NCBI RefSeq assembly: GCF_001447785.1
Contig: NW_015162478.1
Location: 897,685 to 961,684 of the forward strand
Reading direction: 5' to 3'
Length of the DNA: 64,000 nt
Origin: Gekko japonicus
Lineage: Eukaryota
Each line of letters begins with the position of its first letter. Positions within the stretch are counted from its first letter, which is position 1. The notes below the pieces were generated by a model. The model saw only the letters and a list, made by a program, of their open reading frames with translations, did not search any database and was not told the origin of the DNA. Positions 1-12,279 of this stretch are shown here, piece by piece. The position numbers were made by a program, and so were the translations under genes.

Positions 1-600
1 ACTGGTCCATACAACCTTCAGTGGGAAAATACTTATGGAAAAGCTGGTAGCGTCACTGGTTCTTGCTGCACCCACCCTTCCTACCATATATGGCAACACC
101 AAAAGTAAGAAAGGGAAGCAGCTGCTGTGTTGTCTCCAAGCAGACAGATCGTGCCAGGCAGATGGGAGGCAGGAGTAACTCCTAAATCTGGACCAGGTTT
201 CTCCAGTATCATTGATGGGTTGTGACTGAATAACTCAATGCCCGTGCTCTACATATCCTTAATGGAAGAGTAGGCAATTCCAACACATCCTCGGCCATCC
301 TCAGCTGTCATTGTCTCAACAGTGTACATTCACATCACCAGGAACGGCACAAATGGAACTTCCCCTGGCCCATTTTGCCGCATTTGTTACCTATTCAATA
401 AGATAAGACATCGGTTTCCAATATGGCATCCATCAGTGTGTTTTTGGGCACCCCCTTGTTTCTTCCACAAGGCCAAAAATGAAAGGAAACCATGGCTTTT
501 CTCAACTTCACTGGAGAAGGAGGTGCACCAGAAGAGTTCCTGGAGAAGCATCATCATTTTGATCTATCAGGACAACATGTGGCTTAGAACCTCCCAAGTC
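1..600 (+). mobile_element. Highly decayed Gypsy/Ty3 LTR-retrotransposon integrase fragment
   Basis: Frameshifted motifs in the expected order: VIVS..FTS (~307-340), LPLAHFA (~359-379; cf. LPLAEFAYN), QCVFGHP (~434-454; cf. PFQCVLGYQP), YQDNMWLRTSQV (~565-600; cf. GDxVWLSTRNL). Recognised by eye. Confidence 0.45.
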
Positions 601-783
601 CAGGGCTTTTTTTCTGAGGGAACACGCTGGAACAGAGTTCCGGAACCTCTTCAACAAAATATTTTTAAAAATGTTTAAAAGTGCATGAGTTTTCAGTATA
701 CAGACTGAAAACTTCATTTCCCTCTTGAGAGTTCCGGCACCTCTTTTTCAAAAAAAAAAAAAAAAGCAAAAAAAAAAGCCCTG
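601..783. mobile_element. hAT-type MITE (CAGGGCTTTTTT termini)
   Basis: TIR cagggctttttt...aaaaaagccctg. Same termini as the TSD-flanked copy at 62821-63161. Confidence 0.7.
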
Positions 784-1609
784 CTCCCAACATTCTATGG
801 AACTTCACAACATTTCATAACTGGATCCAGCCTCCCATGGCAGCCATTTTGTTGTAACGTCCACTACCTGTACTTAAGATCCCAAAAGTGCCCATCAGGT
901 CAACACAGTCAGAGACTCCTGAGCTAATGGGTGTGAGAAAGAGGTGCCATATTATTGGCCAGTTAACTTATGTCATGCACATACACACTGAAACACCTGA
1001 GTGAGCCCAGATAATCCTGGGCCAAATTGTTGGGCTACAGGCAGGAATTTCTTCACCACAGACTCCCTTCTCCCAAGTACGTGCTATAAGAATGGTTATA
1101 GTATTAATTATTTTACATAATCAGGCTGTTCTCAAGATAACCAAGATCATGTATGGAGGAAAAATGTTTCCAAGCGTCTTCAGATAGCATGTAGCGATAC
1201 CACACTTGACTTCTCTAATTCAATATTCATTCACCCATAAAAGGGATTTAAGTGTGAAAAGAGCCAATCCAATTTTTAAAAAAATTCTCTGCAGCACAGT
1301 ACAGACTGTGCTACCACCACGATTTACGAATTTACAATGACTTTGAAGCCAAGAATCTCAAGTAGTCAAAACATGACAAGCGGAACAGAACTGTCCATCA
1401 CTCAGATGACAGATTGGGGGCCAGTCTCTCCTCTCCTAGATGTAATAAACTTTTGTCAAATGTTCACTGATATAGAAAACTATGCTGAGAAAAAGATATT
1501 TTCTTAATGGTGTAGAGGAGAATCTCTAGAGATCCTGAATATTTGAGTGTTCATTGATAGCATTCATTGACTTAAATAAATGCTGGAAGTGCCCTGAGCT
1601 GTAAACAGA

Positions 1610-1612
<3 letters not shown>

Positions 1613-1659
<47 letters not shown>
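1613..1659. repeat. (CA)n microsatellite
   Basis: Perfect CA run. Confidence 0.98.
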
Positions 1660-1661
<2 letters not shown>

Positions 1662-1949
1662 ACATATTTATAACACTATTTCAAAAGCTTCTTAGCTGTT
1701 TACAACCATTAATATGGCCAAATAAAACAGCCATAAATTTAGAATCAGATCAGCAACTCAGAGGACAAAGCTGTATCAAATGGTTTAGAGATTACAAACA
1801 GATATCAGGCACTTGGTGGACCACACTTACTGGCTTCCAAGAGTAACACATGGAAACGGAAAGTGTTTTCCTAGTGCATCCATTAAAAATTACCACCACC
1901 CCCGGATACTATCAATATGACTACCACATTCTTCCTCTAGTCTCAGCCT

Positions 1950-2385
1950 TGTAAGGGACCCAGGTTTTCCACTTGGAGTTAGAGAGATAAGTGATCAGTG
2001 GTAGGACTTTGTGTCATCGACTGGATGCATCCTAATGAAACCTGGTTGATTGAGCAGCTCTAGTGTCACAGGGGCTCAAGGCTGCCATTGACTTAGCTGT
2101 CCTGGAAGGAGTCAGCTCAGGCCAATAGGCCTAGCAAAGCAGATGGGACTTTAAAAAGGAGAATTAGAGGGGAAGTGATCCAGCCAGAGGGAGGTAGTAA
2201 ATGTGGCTGCCCGGCACTTTGAGGCTGAACTTGGATTTTTAAAAAAACAAAACAACACTTAGATAGGCTTCCAGGTTAAAGACAGACAGACAGACAGACA
2301 GACCCCTCTGGGTGAAGGCAGAGGCTGAAACATGACTGGTCAAGGATATTACCATCAGACCCAGAGATGAAATTAAAACATTACA
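1950..2385 (+). mobile_element. Possible degraded solo LTR
   Basis: TGTAA...TTACA ends, CCAAT (~2122), TATA-like tttaaaa (~2150), attaaa near the 3' end. No clean TSD. Confidence 0.3.
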
Positions 2386-2867
2386 AAACTTCTGCCAGAC
2401 CTATTCTTAAATTTACTGTAGTGCCAGGCTCCGAAATAGGCAATATGCCAGAACACAGCTCAGTCAAGTCATCAAAGAGCCTTGCTCGTTGGCTGCCTTC
2501 ACCAAGAAGCCAGTCAAAGAGACACAAGCCTTATTTTTGATTTGGTTTTTTTTTTTTGCAACACCGCCGTGTTAACATCACATCACTGGAGCATTACAAT
2601 CAGCCTCTCTTTTTGCACAATGAAGCAAAATGTTAGTACATCTGAAGATGAGAAATACAAAAACTAGACCAGAAAAAATACCCAGGGCAGAAATTTCTAT
2701 TAGAGAATCACTGAAAAAGAAATATAAATATTGTGTGTTTGTGTGTTTTTTCTCAAAATGAAAAAATGGCAAGAAGTATGCAGAATACAAAATCACCTGG
2801 TTCACTCATTAAATAACACCACCTGTGGTTTATTGATTACACTTGATCCCAACCTGGCTTTCAGAAA

Positions 2868-3035
2868 AAGCTGTCTTATAACCAAGGTGGCCCATTGGCC
2901 CACCCAGACCAATACTGCAAATTGGCTGCAGCTCTCTCTGGTTGCAGGCAGAGAAGATTGTTCAAGAGGAGAGAACTGGAGTTCAAACCTGGGGGCTTAC
3001 ACGAAACATCTGTCCTGCCATAGATCTACGGCCCC
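2868..3035 (-). mobile_element. tRNA-headed SINE with CR1-like tail, degraded
   Basis: Similar to the copy at 57113-57320. Confidence 0.55.
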
Positions 3036-4391
3036 CTCTAGGGCCCCAAAAGAACTATCTATGGCCCCTTCCTTCCAAAGAGCTCAAGCGGGTATTGTAA
3101 GAGTCTCCCATTTCATTTTCTTGATGAACTGATTAGTTTTGAGACTTGATCAACGCCATCCAGAGAGCTACGATTTGGACCTAGGATTCCTGGACTGAAG
3201 AAGACCAATGCTTGCAAACTACCCAAACTGGTTTGAAGGAACAGTTGAAAGGAGGCCTGAACTGGTCGCTCCTTGCTGAGTTACCACCACCCTGTTGACA
3301 GCCACCCTTTTCTTTACTAAGAAACATAGATCGCTCTTGCTGAATACTAATTTCCTCCTGTCCAACCAGGACATAAAACACTCCTGCAAAAACAAACTTC
3401 TCCAGCGATTTACACAGGGAGCACTTGCTGTCGCTTGGCACCGAACAAACACACATCTGTCATCCGGCACTCCAATCTCTCTTCGGAATCTCTAAGAGGA
3501 TTTCAACCAAGCTCTTCAAGGCTTGAGAGGAGACAAAATGGCAAACGCCATGAGCGACAACAAGCTCGGTTTTAATAATCTGCAGAGTGCAGACAGGCAA
3601 AACCCCAGGATTCTAGGAAAGTTCCAATGGCCACTTAAAACTGTGAAGAGGTCATCTGTCTCCATATGCTGCATTCCATGCTTGGAGGAAAAAACCCAGA
3701 GGATGATATGCTTTCCGCTGCTGAGCATGACTTGGAACATAAAAATTAGATTCTGGCAGCTACCTGGCATGTAGCAGGGATTTAAATCAAATCAATCTCC
3801 ATCGCCAAAGGGCAAGAAAAGGCTGCTTTAAGCCAGTGCTTTAAATCAAAAGTTTCCATTATTATTTAGATATTTTCTAAATGAACATGCATTTGGCATT
3901 ACAGCCATAAAAATATTGATCTGAAACTAAATGGCGCCTTCATACAACTTTGGAGGGTAGGCTATGCAGTTTTTAATACATAATATGTTTACTGTTTTAG
4001 AAAACAATATGCTGTATTGTTTTTAGATAATTTTAGGATGAAACTGCCATGCAAACTGAGCTGCAACAGAGAGGGCGAAGGAGGCAAAAATCACACTCCC
4101 TAGTCAGCTGTTAGCCCTGACACTGGTGATTTAACTTCAGATTGAATTTTAAACCTATTTTAAAGAGAGAAACTTACTCTAGCTGAAACTTAAAAAAACA
4201 GTTATTATTTTTTTAAAAAAATGTGATGATGTGCTCAATCTACATGGTTTCAGGAATAAAAACTGATCCTATATGCTTTTGTCATTAAGATAACCCAGTG
4301 TCAGACTAGGATCTGGGAAACCAAGGATTGAATCCCCACTCTGCCATGGAAACTTGCTGGGAATAAAGCGAGCTATGACCTTCTAAGCTAT

Positions 4392-4743
4392 TTGTTGTTG
4401 TTCAATCGCACAGTCGAGACCAACTCTTCGCAACCCCATGGACAAGATCTCGCCAGGCCCTACTGTTTTCCGCAGTACTTTGAAGTTTGCTCAATTTCGT
4501 GTTCGTTGCATCGATGACACTGTCTAACCATCTCATCCTTTGCCGTCCGTCTTCTTTGACCTTCAATCTTTCCCAGCATCAGGGTCTTCTCCAGTGAGTG
4601 CTCCCTTCTCATTGGGTGGCCAAAGTATTTGAGCTTCAGTTTCATTATCTGGCCTTCCAGGGAACAGTCAGGGTTGATTTCTTTTAGGATTGACTGATTT
4701 GATCTTCTCACAGTCCAAGGGACTCTCAAGAGTCTTCTCCAGC
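4392..4743 (-). mobile_element. BovB (RTE clade) LINE, 5'-truncated 3' end
   Basis: ORF 4460-4729 RVPWTVRRSNQSILKEINPDCSLEGQIMKLKLKYFGH..LEKTLMLGKIEG; (CAA)n tail; TSD cttctaagctat at 4380-4391 and 4752-4763. Confidence 0.93.
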
Positions 4744-6360
4744 TATACGTTCTTCTAAGCTATACGTAGCCTTCAATGAATTAAAAGGAGCATAACTCTG
4801 CTCAAGATAGCACACAGTGTCATTGTAAGAGTGAATGAAGGATTGTAATGGGAAGTGGGACTTTGTACGGTAAAATCTACCTATCTAATATTAGTTTCGT
4901 TTTGGTTTCTGTCAGTATTCTTCCTTAACTGAAGGAGGAGGCAATTTTTAATTACTATGGGTAGGATCCCGACTACATTTTCCTTTAATGGAAAGACCTT
5001 CAGTCAGTGGAATGGAACTTTCTGTCCTCCTCCCCGCGAACTATAACCTAGTGATTCCCCCAAAATATAGTCTGGTTGGGGGGGCATGGAATGCTTATGG
5101 CAGGGTTTCAACATACACGTAAGTTAGAGATGTATGTTTGTTTCCCAATAAATGGAAATATTAACAGAAAATAAACTTCTGGATCCATCCCTGTGCCTTT
5201 ATTTATTTTTTTAAAACAACTAGGAAGTCATACTAAATTACGGCTTTTCAATTTGTTCTTCCCCAGTCCTATAGCACCTTCCCTCCCCCTTCCCATCCTG
5301 TTGATTTTAATCATAGTTTCACGATGACTTGACTAAAGTAGAAGAAGCAAAGCTATTTATTCTGCACTCTAAAGCAGAAAAAAAAATGGAATTAAAAGGG
5401 GGGGAAATAAACACAAATGCGACATTTGTCCCAGAGATGTGTCAGTTCAAGATTGTGAGTGACACAACAAGATTTCTATTCATGCCCCCCCCCTCAAAAA
5501 AAATGCTGCAGGCAAAGGAAATGCCAAAATAATAGGCGGGGAGGTTCCCACATGCATGTAAAGCAAGGCTGTTTGTTGGTTTCTAAACAAACAGAAAAAT
5601 TAAAAAGCCCCATTTCTTTGAATAATGGAAATGGAGAAAACAATACATGAATAAATGCCATTTGTTCATTCATTACCCTTTCATCTCTTCCCTACCACAC
5701 TTATGTCCCTATAGCTGCACCATAGGGTTGCAGCCAGCAGGAAACCAAAGGGGAGGGGGGCATTGGTGAGGTGTGACATCACTTCCAGGTTTCCTCCAGA
5801 CATCACACCTCTCTGAGAATTCCTAGAGAGGACTGACCTATTTTCTGGAGGTATTCTGGAAGTGATGTCACACTGTCACCCAACAGCAATGTGTTTTTTT
5901 AGCTTGTTTTTCTGGCACTAGCTGCAGCAATGGAAACTGGAGCTGGAGGTGGAGGATCCCCTACCTCTGGCAGTGGCCTGTCCACTCTTTGTAGTGACAT
6001 CTGGGCATGCCTGTGGCAGCAGCAGCCCAACTAGTTGACAAGTGTGGCACAAGGTACCTTGATGCATTCTGGGTAATGTAGTTCTCCAGATGCCAGCCAT
6101 AGCTAGACTGATTGCTACCACTGCCATAACAAACCAGGATAGCCACAGCAGCTGCAGCACAGTAAGAGCCATGGTGGGAGTGGAAGTGAAGGAAGAGAAG
6201 GGTGGGAGCATTCCCAATCAGAATGAAAACCAACAAGCCTAATAACGAACACAACTGCAGCGAATAAAGCTTCTTGAAATGAATACCAGTTGGTATTCAC
6301 TTTCAATCATCACTTGTTTGCCAGGCAAGGGAGGGAAATTGTGGGAGGAGGGCCGGCAGC

Positions 6361-6554
6361 TAGGGTTTCCAAGTCTAGGTTGGGAAACTGGAGATTTGGG
6401 AGTAGAGCCTGAGGGAAGGCAGGGTTTGGGGGAGGGGATGGACTTGATGACATAATGCTGTATCCTCCAAAGGAACTGTTTTCGCCAGGGGAAATGATCT
6501 CTGTAGTCTGTAGATCTCTGAGCCCCATCCGCAGGTTGGCGGCACTGGCCACCT
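6361..6554. mobile_element. hAT MITE with TAGGGTTGCCA-type termini, degraded
   Basis: Reverse-orientation homologue of 12063-12279. Confidence 0.65.
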
Positions 6555-7374
6555 TCAGTATGAAACCGCCCAATGAATTGGCTACGGAAGATAAAAGAAG
6601 CAGAGAGATGCACTTTGCCCAACTCTCAGGGTGTATGGTAACAAAAGGAACAAATACAGAGTTGAATTTGATCCCCATGACAACAAGAGACCGTTTCATC
6701 CACTTCTTCCTTAGGCTTTCTGGTAACCAATGCAAAACACCCTATCCAGCCCAGCTCTGCTTGTTCAACAACCACCTGCCTCCGCGGTACCCTGGGAATA
6801 AAACATGGAGCAGCTTTCTTCTTCCATGCCCTTTAAAGTTTACCAAAAGGCAGGGCCTACTCTGTGTAAGTGCAGAACCTGCTTTGTCCGGCGTACCTAG
6901 ATATGCATGCTTGGTGGCAACTGTCGGGGGCTTTCGAATTTCTGCTGTGGCAACAGAATGGGAATCTCACACACCCCTTGCTTCAACGTTCTCCATTCTT
7001 TTCTTTCTTTCTTAACTCTCTGGGGAGCACCTAGCGTGACAGTGAATGCATGTAAAAGAGGAGGTCATCTCAGTATAAAAACCTCTGTTGTCTTGTGTAT
7101 TTAAAATTTGATATTTCAAAACTTCTTGGGCAGTTCATGCCAAAATAACACTGAGATTTTTCACCTACGAGCTATTTTTATTCATTTCTGACGGCACCCT
7201 GGACCCCTTCCTTCTTCCATGGAGCTCAGAGTAATGCACATTTTTATCTTCACAACAACCCAGTGAGGTGGGTTATGCTGAGAGACAGCCATCTGCCCAA
7301 GACAAGTAAGTATTACAACAGACTAGGAGTTTAAAACTCGGGTCTCCCTGGTCCTTATCCATTCCCTTTCCACT

Positions 7375-7661
7375 AGTTTGGTGTAGTGGTGTAGTGGTTA
7401 AGTGCGCAGAACCAGGGAGAGAGAACCAGGTTTGATTCCCCACTCTCAGCTGCTGGATGACCTTGGGCAAGCCATAGTTCTGTCAGAGCTGCTCTCTCAA
7501 GAGCAGCTTCTCTCAGAGCTCTCTCAGCCCCACCTGTCTCACAGGGTGTCTGTTGTGGGGAGGGGAAGGGAAAGGAGTTTGTAAGACGCTTTGAGACTCC
7601 GAGGGTATAAATCCAATCATGAAGGGCGGGGTATAAATCCAATCATCTCCTCCTCCTCCTC
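7375..7661 (+). mobile_element. Squam3-like tRNA-derived SINE
   Basis: Box A tggtgtagtgg, box B ggtttgattcc, core cctcacagggtgtctgttgtgggg, L2-like end gggcggggtataaat with (CCT)n tail. Confidence 0.85.
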
Positions 7662-7696
7662 TATAGCACTAGTGACCTTATTACTGCAACAGAATA

Positions 7697-7942
7697 AGTG
7701 TGATGTAGTTGCTAGAGAGCTGGGATCTGCAAGACCCAGGTTCAAATCCCCATGTTGTCACAGAAGCTTGCTGGGTGACCTTAAGCCAGTCTCTCTCTCT
7801 CTCCCTCCCTCTCACTCACTCACTCACTCACACAGAGTCTAACCTTTGTTATGATGAAATGGAGGAGAGGAGAATGATATAAACTGGTTTCAATCCTCGA
7901 TGCGGAGAAGGATGGGGTACAAGTGAAGTGAATAAATAATAA
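7697..7942 (+). mobile_element. Old MIR/CORE-like SINE
   Basis: ggttcaaatccc box B, gctgggtgacctt core, aataaataataaa tail. Confidence 0.6.
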
Positions 7943-9724
7943 ACACAGACTGGAGGAATGCCTGCCTTCTACAGGAACCTCTTGTGGATTTAAGATCAGC
8001 CAATGAGGCCATTCTGGAGGCCACCATTATGAAAACTGAGACTAGTTCCCACCAAAAGGGTTTTCAGTTGTGGCTTCAGAGCCGGGGAATGCTCTCCTCT
8101 GATGAATTCCTTTATGTTTCTTTGGCCTTTTTTCCAAGCATACAGAAACTTACAAAAACTATGTCATGCATTTGGAAATTAACTAGAAGCATTTAAACAC
8201 ATACACACAGACACACAGTTGGAGACAGTAGCGAGCTCTGAATTTACTTTTTTAACTGTTTTTACATCATTTTACTATTTACTGCCCTTGGGATATTTTT
8301 TTAGTGCAAGTTTACAAAGTGTAAGCATTACAAACAAATTTACTCAGTGCAAAAGCAAGTATATTTCCTCCTGAAAAAGACTTTGTTGGGGGGGGGGGGT
8401 CTTCAAGATTATTTTTGGTTGGTCCCCTTTGCTAGAAAAGAAGAATTGTGCTAAGCTCAGCAAAAATGGCAAGGATGCCGGGCTTGCTGTGTGTGACCTT
8501 CTCGGCAAAGTGGGCCGCAACAGCTGCCACGAGGCTCCGTTTATGAGCGCTCTCCTCCTCTCTGGCAGGAGCCCCACAAAGCAGAAACAAATAGGTGGGA
8601 AAGGACACCGCTGCCTTCTACTGCCAGTCAGAAAGAACCAACCATTTCCCATGGACGGCCAGTAGAGTATTCATTGTTATCTCAGAGATACTGAGAATTC
8701 TCATGATTCTAAAAGGTCGGCTTGGTATACTGACACGGAGGACTAGCAGTGTTAGGAATCCTGGACTGCAGTGCCTGATTTCTAGAACATAAAAGATGTC
8801 ACATCTCGGAAACTGTTTCCCTCATCTTGGATGAGACCCTGTTAAAGTGCTGTTAAAGTGCTGGGGGAAGGACGCACTGCATGTGCACAGGGGTACACAT
8901 GGATCCGTTAGTATTCCACGCGTCCGAGAGCTATGCCACAGCACTGACCACGTGATGCAGCCGCCTCGCTCGGTCTTGAAGATAAACACATCTGGTCCAC
9001 ATGTGGATGGCAGAGATTCTAAGAACTCAAACGCATGCCAGCTTTGAATTCTGAGATGGAAGAAAGGCAGGATGTGTGTAATGAAAATGTAATAAACAGG
9101 GTCCATAGGCATGTGGACAGTCTGGCTGCATTCGCATGTCGCCAGCTAGTAAGGTATACTTTGATGCATCAATGGGGCAACTGTGTTTTTTGCCAGTAAA
9201 CAAGTTGACCAAAGAAACAAATGTCCTCTCGACCTTTAAAGTCAAGACAATTGCAGCATCCATGAATATGGTGTACAGAAAGCAGGGTAAAGGCTTCAGG
9301 CAAAGGAGGTGGGTGGGCAGTGATCCTTGCTATGAAAATCGGGGTACGACAAGGATATCTCAACCCCCACTTCTGAAACGTTGCAGGATGCAAAGTTACA
9401 GTTTAGAAATCTGAACAAATCAGTGAATGAGGGAGGCTGGAGCCCGGCAGTTCTACCTTCAAGAGACAGGAGATGGGTGACGCGAGTCAAGTGGAGGACT
9501 CCCCACCCTGCCTTGCACTCATTCATACAAAGGGGGACTCTGCTCCAGAGAGCAGCAGGGGGTTGCTTCAGCCTTCCCTTCTGGGGAGGAGGGTTGCCAG
9601 GTCCCTCCTGGCCACCAGCGGGGGATGGGAGGGAATCCTGAAGCCCCCCTCCCCCCAAAGTGGTGCTCCAGAGCAGATATCAATTCCTCCCAATCACCTG
9701 CACCACACACTTGCCTCCTACCCC

Positions 9725-9903
9725 AGCCCAATCTTGTCTGATCTTCGAAGCAAAGTAGGGTTGGCCCCAGTTAGTACTTGGATGGGAGACCACCGAAGAG
9801 GTCCAGGGTCGCTACACAGAGGCAGGGAATGGAAACCCACATCTGAATTTTCCCTTGCCTTGAAAACCCTACAGGGTCACCATAAGTCAGTTGCAACTTG
9901 AGG
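9725..9903 (+). mobile_element. 5S rRNA-headed SINE
   Basis: 5S boxes A/C (ttagtacttggatgggagacc) followed by non-5S tail ttgccttgaaaaccc...cataagtcag. Confidence 0.8.
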
Positions 9904-10372
9904 GTGGGTAGGGTAGGGATGGATCACAGACAGATGATGATGATGATGATGATAGACAGACAGAAAGACAGATAGATGAAAAATAATCAAGGAGCATTTG
10001 TGGGATATACTAATTGGCAGAAGCCAGGCCAATGGGCAAAACATCCCTTGGAATTCAGCCAGAGACGGTCTCCTTTTGAGTCACACAAGATTTTTTTTCT
10101 AAGTCAAAACTGCCAAAACAAGCTGAGGTCCCCCCCCCCCCCCCCAAAAAACCGGGGCCCCCCCCCCCCCCCATGAACAGTATTAGCTGCTATGTCCGAG
10201 GGCCTTGGGGAGGAAAGAAAGACTGGCAGTTCAAAATGCTACTTCATCACCCACTCCGATCAACTCATCACAAGGAACAAAACACGGTGCAGTAATTTTT
10301 AGGATGTGGATATGAGGCTTGTGTTTTCGAGCCAGGGCTGGCTCAATAGAGGTGAAGCCGGTTAGCCACACC

Positions 10373-10373
<1 letters not shown>

Positions 10374-10445
<72 letters not shown>
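10374..10445. repeat. Compound (CAGA)n(GA)n microsatellite
   Basis: Seen directly. Confidence 0.95.
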
Positions 10446-10448
<3 letters not shown>

Positions 10449-10805
10449 TATGAATGAATATGTGTGCTGGAACCAGCATTTGATGTGCTGACATGGGAAG
10501 CTGGCTGTGAAGCTGGCAAGAAGAAATCACTGCAAAGCCTCTATACACCACCGCCCCTTAACATTACATCTTTACGCAAAGATGGCCAGCTTTGCTTTGG
10601 TTTGGGGAGCGGTGGCACAGTGGGTATATCCCACTGTCTTAGTTCAAGCCCCGCGCTGGTGTGAGCAGCTTTAGCCCCCCTCTCCTGCCCAACACTGTGC
10701 CCTCCCACGGCCCCACCCCCAAATCACCATGAACTTCCCAAAGTGAAGGTGACAACCTGATATTACAGGTCATTAATATGTAATAATAAACTGTAATGAT
10801 AAACT

Positions 10806-11165
10806 GAAGCTGCCTTATACAGACCATTGCTCTCACTGGTGCATCCAGCTCAGTATACTGTGCAGTCTAACTGGCAACAGCAATCCAGAGCATCGGGCAG
10901 AAGGAGGCTTGCTACCCAGTACCTATTTTTAACTGGAGATGCTGAGGACTGGACCTGAGACCTTCAGAACGCAAAGCAGGTGTTCCACCTCTGAGCCACT
11001 GGCCCTCCAGGAAGTTCTTGTGAGTATATGAAGCTGCCTTATACCAAGTCAATACATCTAGCTCACAAAGGTTTGTTTTAACTGGTAGTGGATCTCCAGG
11101 TTCTCTGGCAGTGGCTCTGCAGGGTTTCAGGGAGAGTTCTTTCCCATCACCTACTGCCTGGTCCA
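10806..11165 (-). mobile_element. Two adjacent tRNA-headed, CR1-tailed SINE copies
   Basis: Two tgaagctgccttata tails (10806, ~11028) and one head ctgagccac (~10991). Confidence 0.7.
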
Positions 11166-12062
11166 TATCAACCATGATGTCTTTCTCCATAAACGTACAG
11201 TTAACGGGGCCTCCTATGCCAAGCAATTCTCCTGGACAGGTTTAGCAACCGCAAGGTGGGGCCTGGAGTTCACCTGGGAATACAACTGATCTCCACGCTA
11301 CCAAGATCAGTCTCCCCTGGAGGTAATGGCAACTTCAGAAGGCATTCTTTGATAGAATGAATTCAAGCAACTGTCTCCGAGTTGCACACATTGTGCAAAA
11401 CAAATCAGTCGGCTCATCGGTCCAGAACTATAACGGTGTTTGTGTTCCTTCTCTGACACTCAGCTCAAGCCAGCTCAGGACTGTAGCACCCCGTGCCATA
11501 CACTAAAAGAGAAAATCTGTCCATTGTGCAGTGGAGAACTAGAGCTGACAGAAGTCCCCAGAAAGAAATCAGAATCCCTTCCCCATGAATTGCACCCTTC
11601 ACACCACTGAGAAAACAAATTGTGTCCAGCTTTGCAAACCGGAGTCCCAAGTACATTAACTCATTCATTCCCTTGAAAACAAAGAGGGGCTGTTTTTCCT
11701 TTCTTAACAGACATTTCTTCCAAAACAACTATACTTGGCATTTTTTACATCTCTCCCCCCCCACACACACACACATATGTATACATGCTGATTTTCTCAG
11801 CAACTGTTAGAAATTGCACTATTCTTTTGTGGCTGACGCTATTTTATTAATTACAATATTTCTATCCTGCTTTCTGATTTTTTAAAAAAACCCACATGGC
11901 AGCTAACAAAATTAAATTAAAAACAAGGAAAACAAATTCAAAACCACGAAAAAAGAAACAGCAGCAAGTAATAACACCAGCCCCCCCAAAAAACTTCACA
12001 ATCCACAGCAAAATCCGCAGTGGCATGAAATAAAGTCTCTGGATGGGTCCTTCCTTTGTATG

Positions 12063-12279
12063 TCGGGTTGCCAGCCTCCAGGCGGGGCCTGGGGATCTCC
12101 CACTTTTACAACTGATCTCCAGCTGACAGAGATCAGCTCCCCTGGAGAAAATGGTTGCTATGGTGGACTCGATGGCATTGTACCCTGCCAAGGCCCCTCC
12201 CCTCCCCAAATCCTGCCCTCTCCCAGATCCACCCCCCAAAGTCTCCAGGTATTTTTCCAACCCAGACCTGGCAACCCTA
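12063..12279. mobile_element. hAT MITE with TAGGGTTGCCA termini (Blackjack-like)
   Basis: TIR tcgggttgccag...ctggcaacccta; 8-bp TSD tttgtatg at 12055-12062 and 12280-12287. Confidence 0.9.

Noticed and set aside
6239-7015. Overlapping 127-186 aa ORFs
   Set aside because: They overlap a hAT MITE and show no recognisable domain or splice structure.
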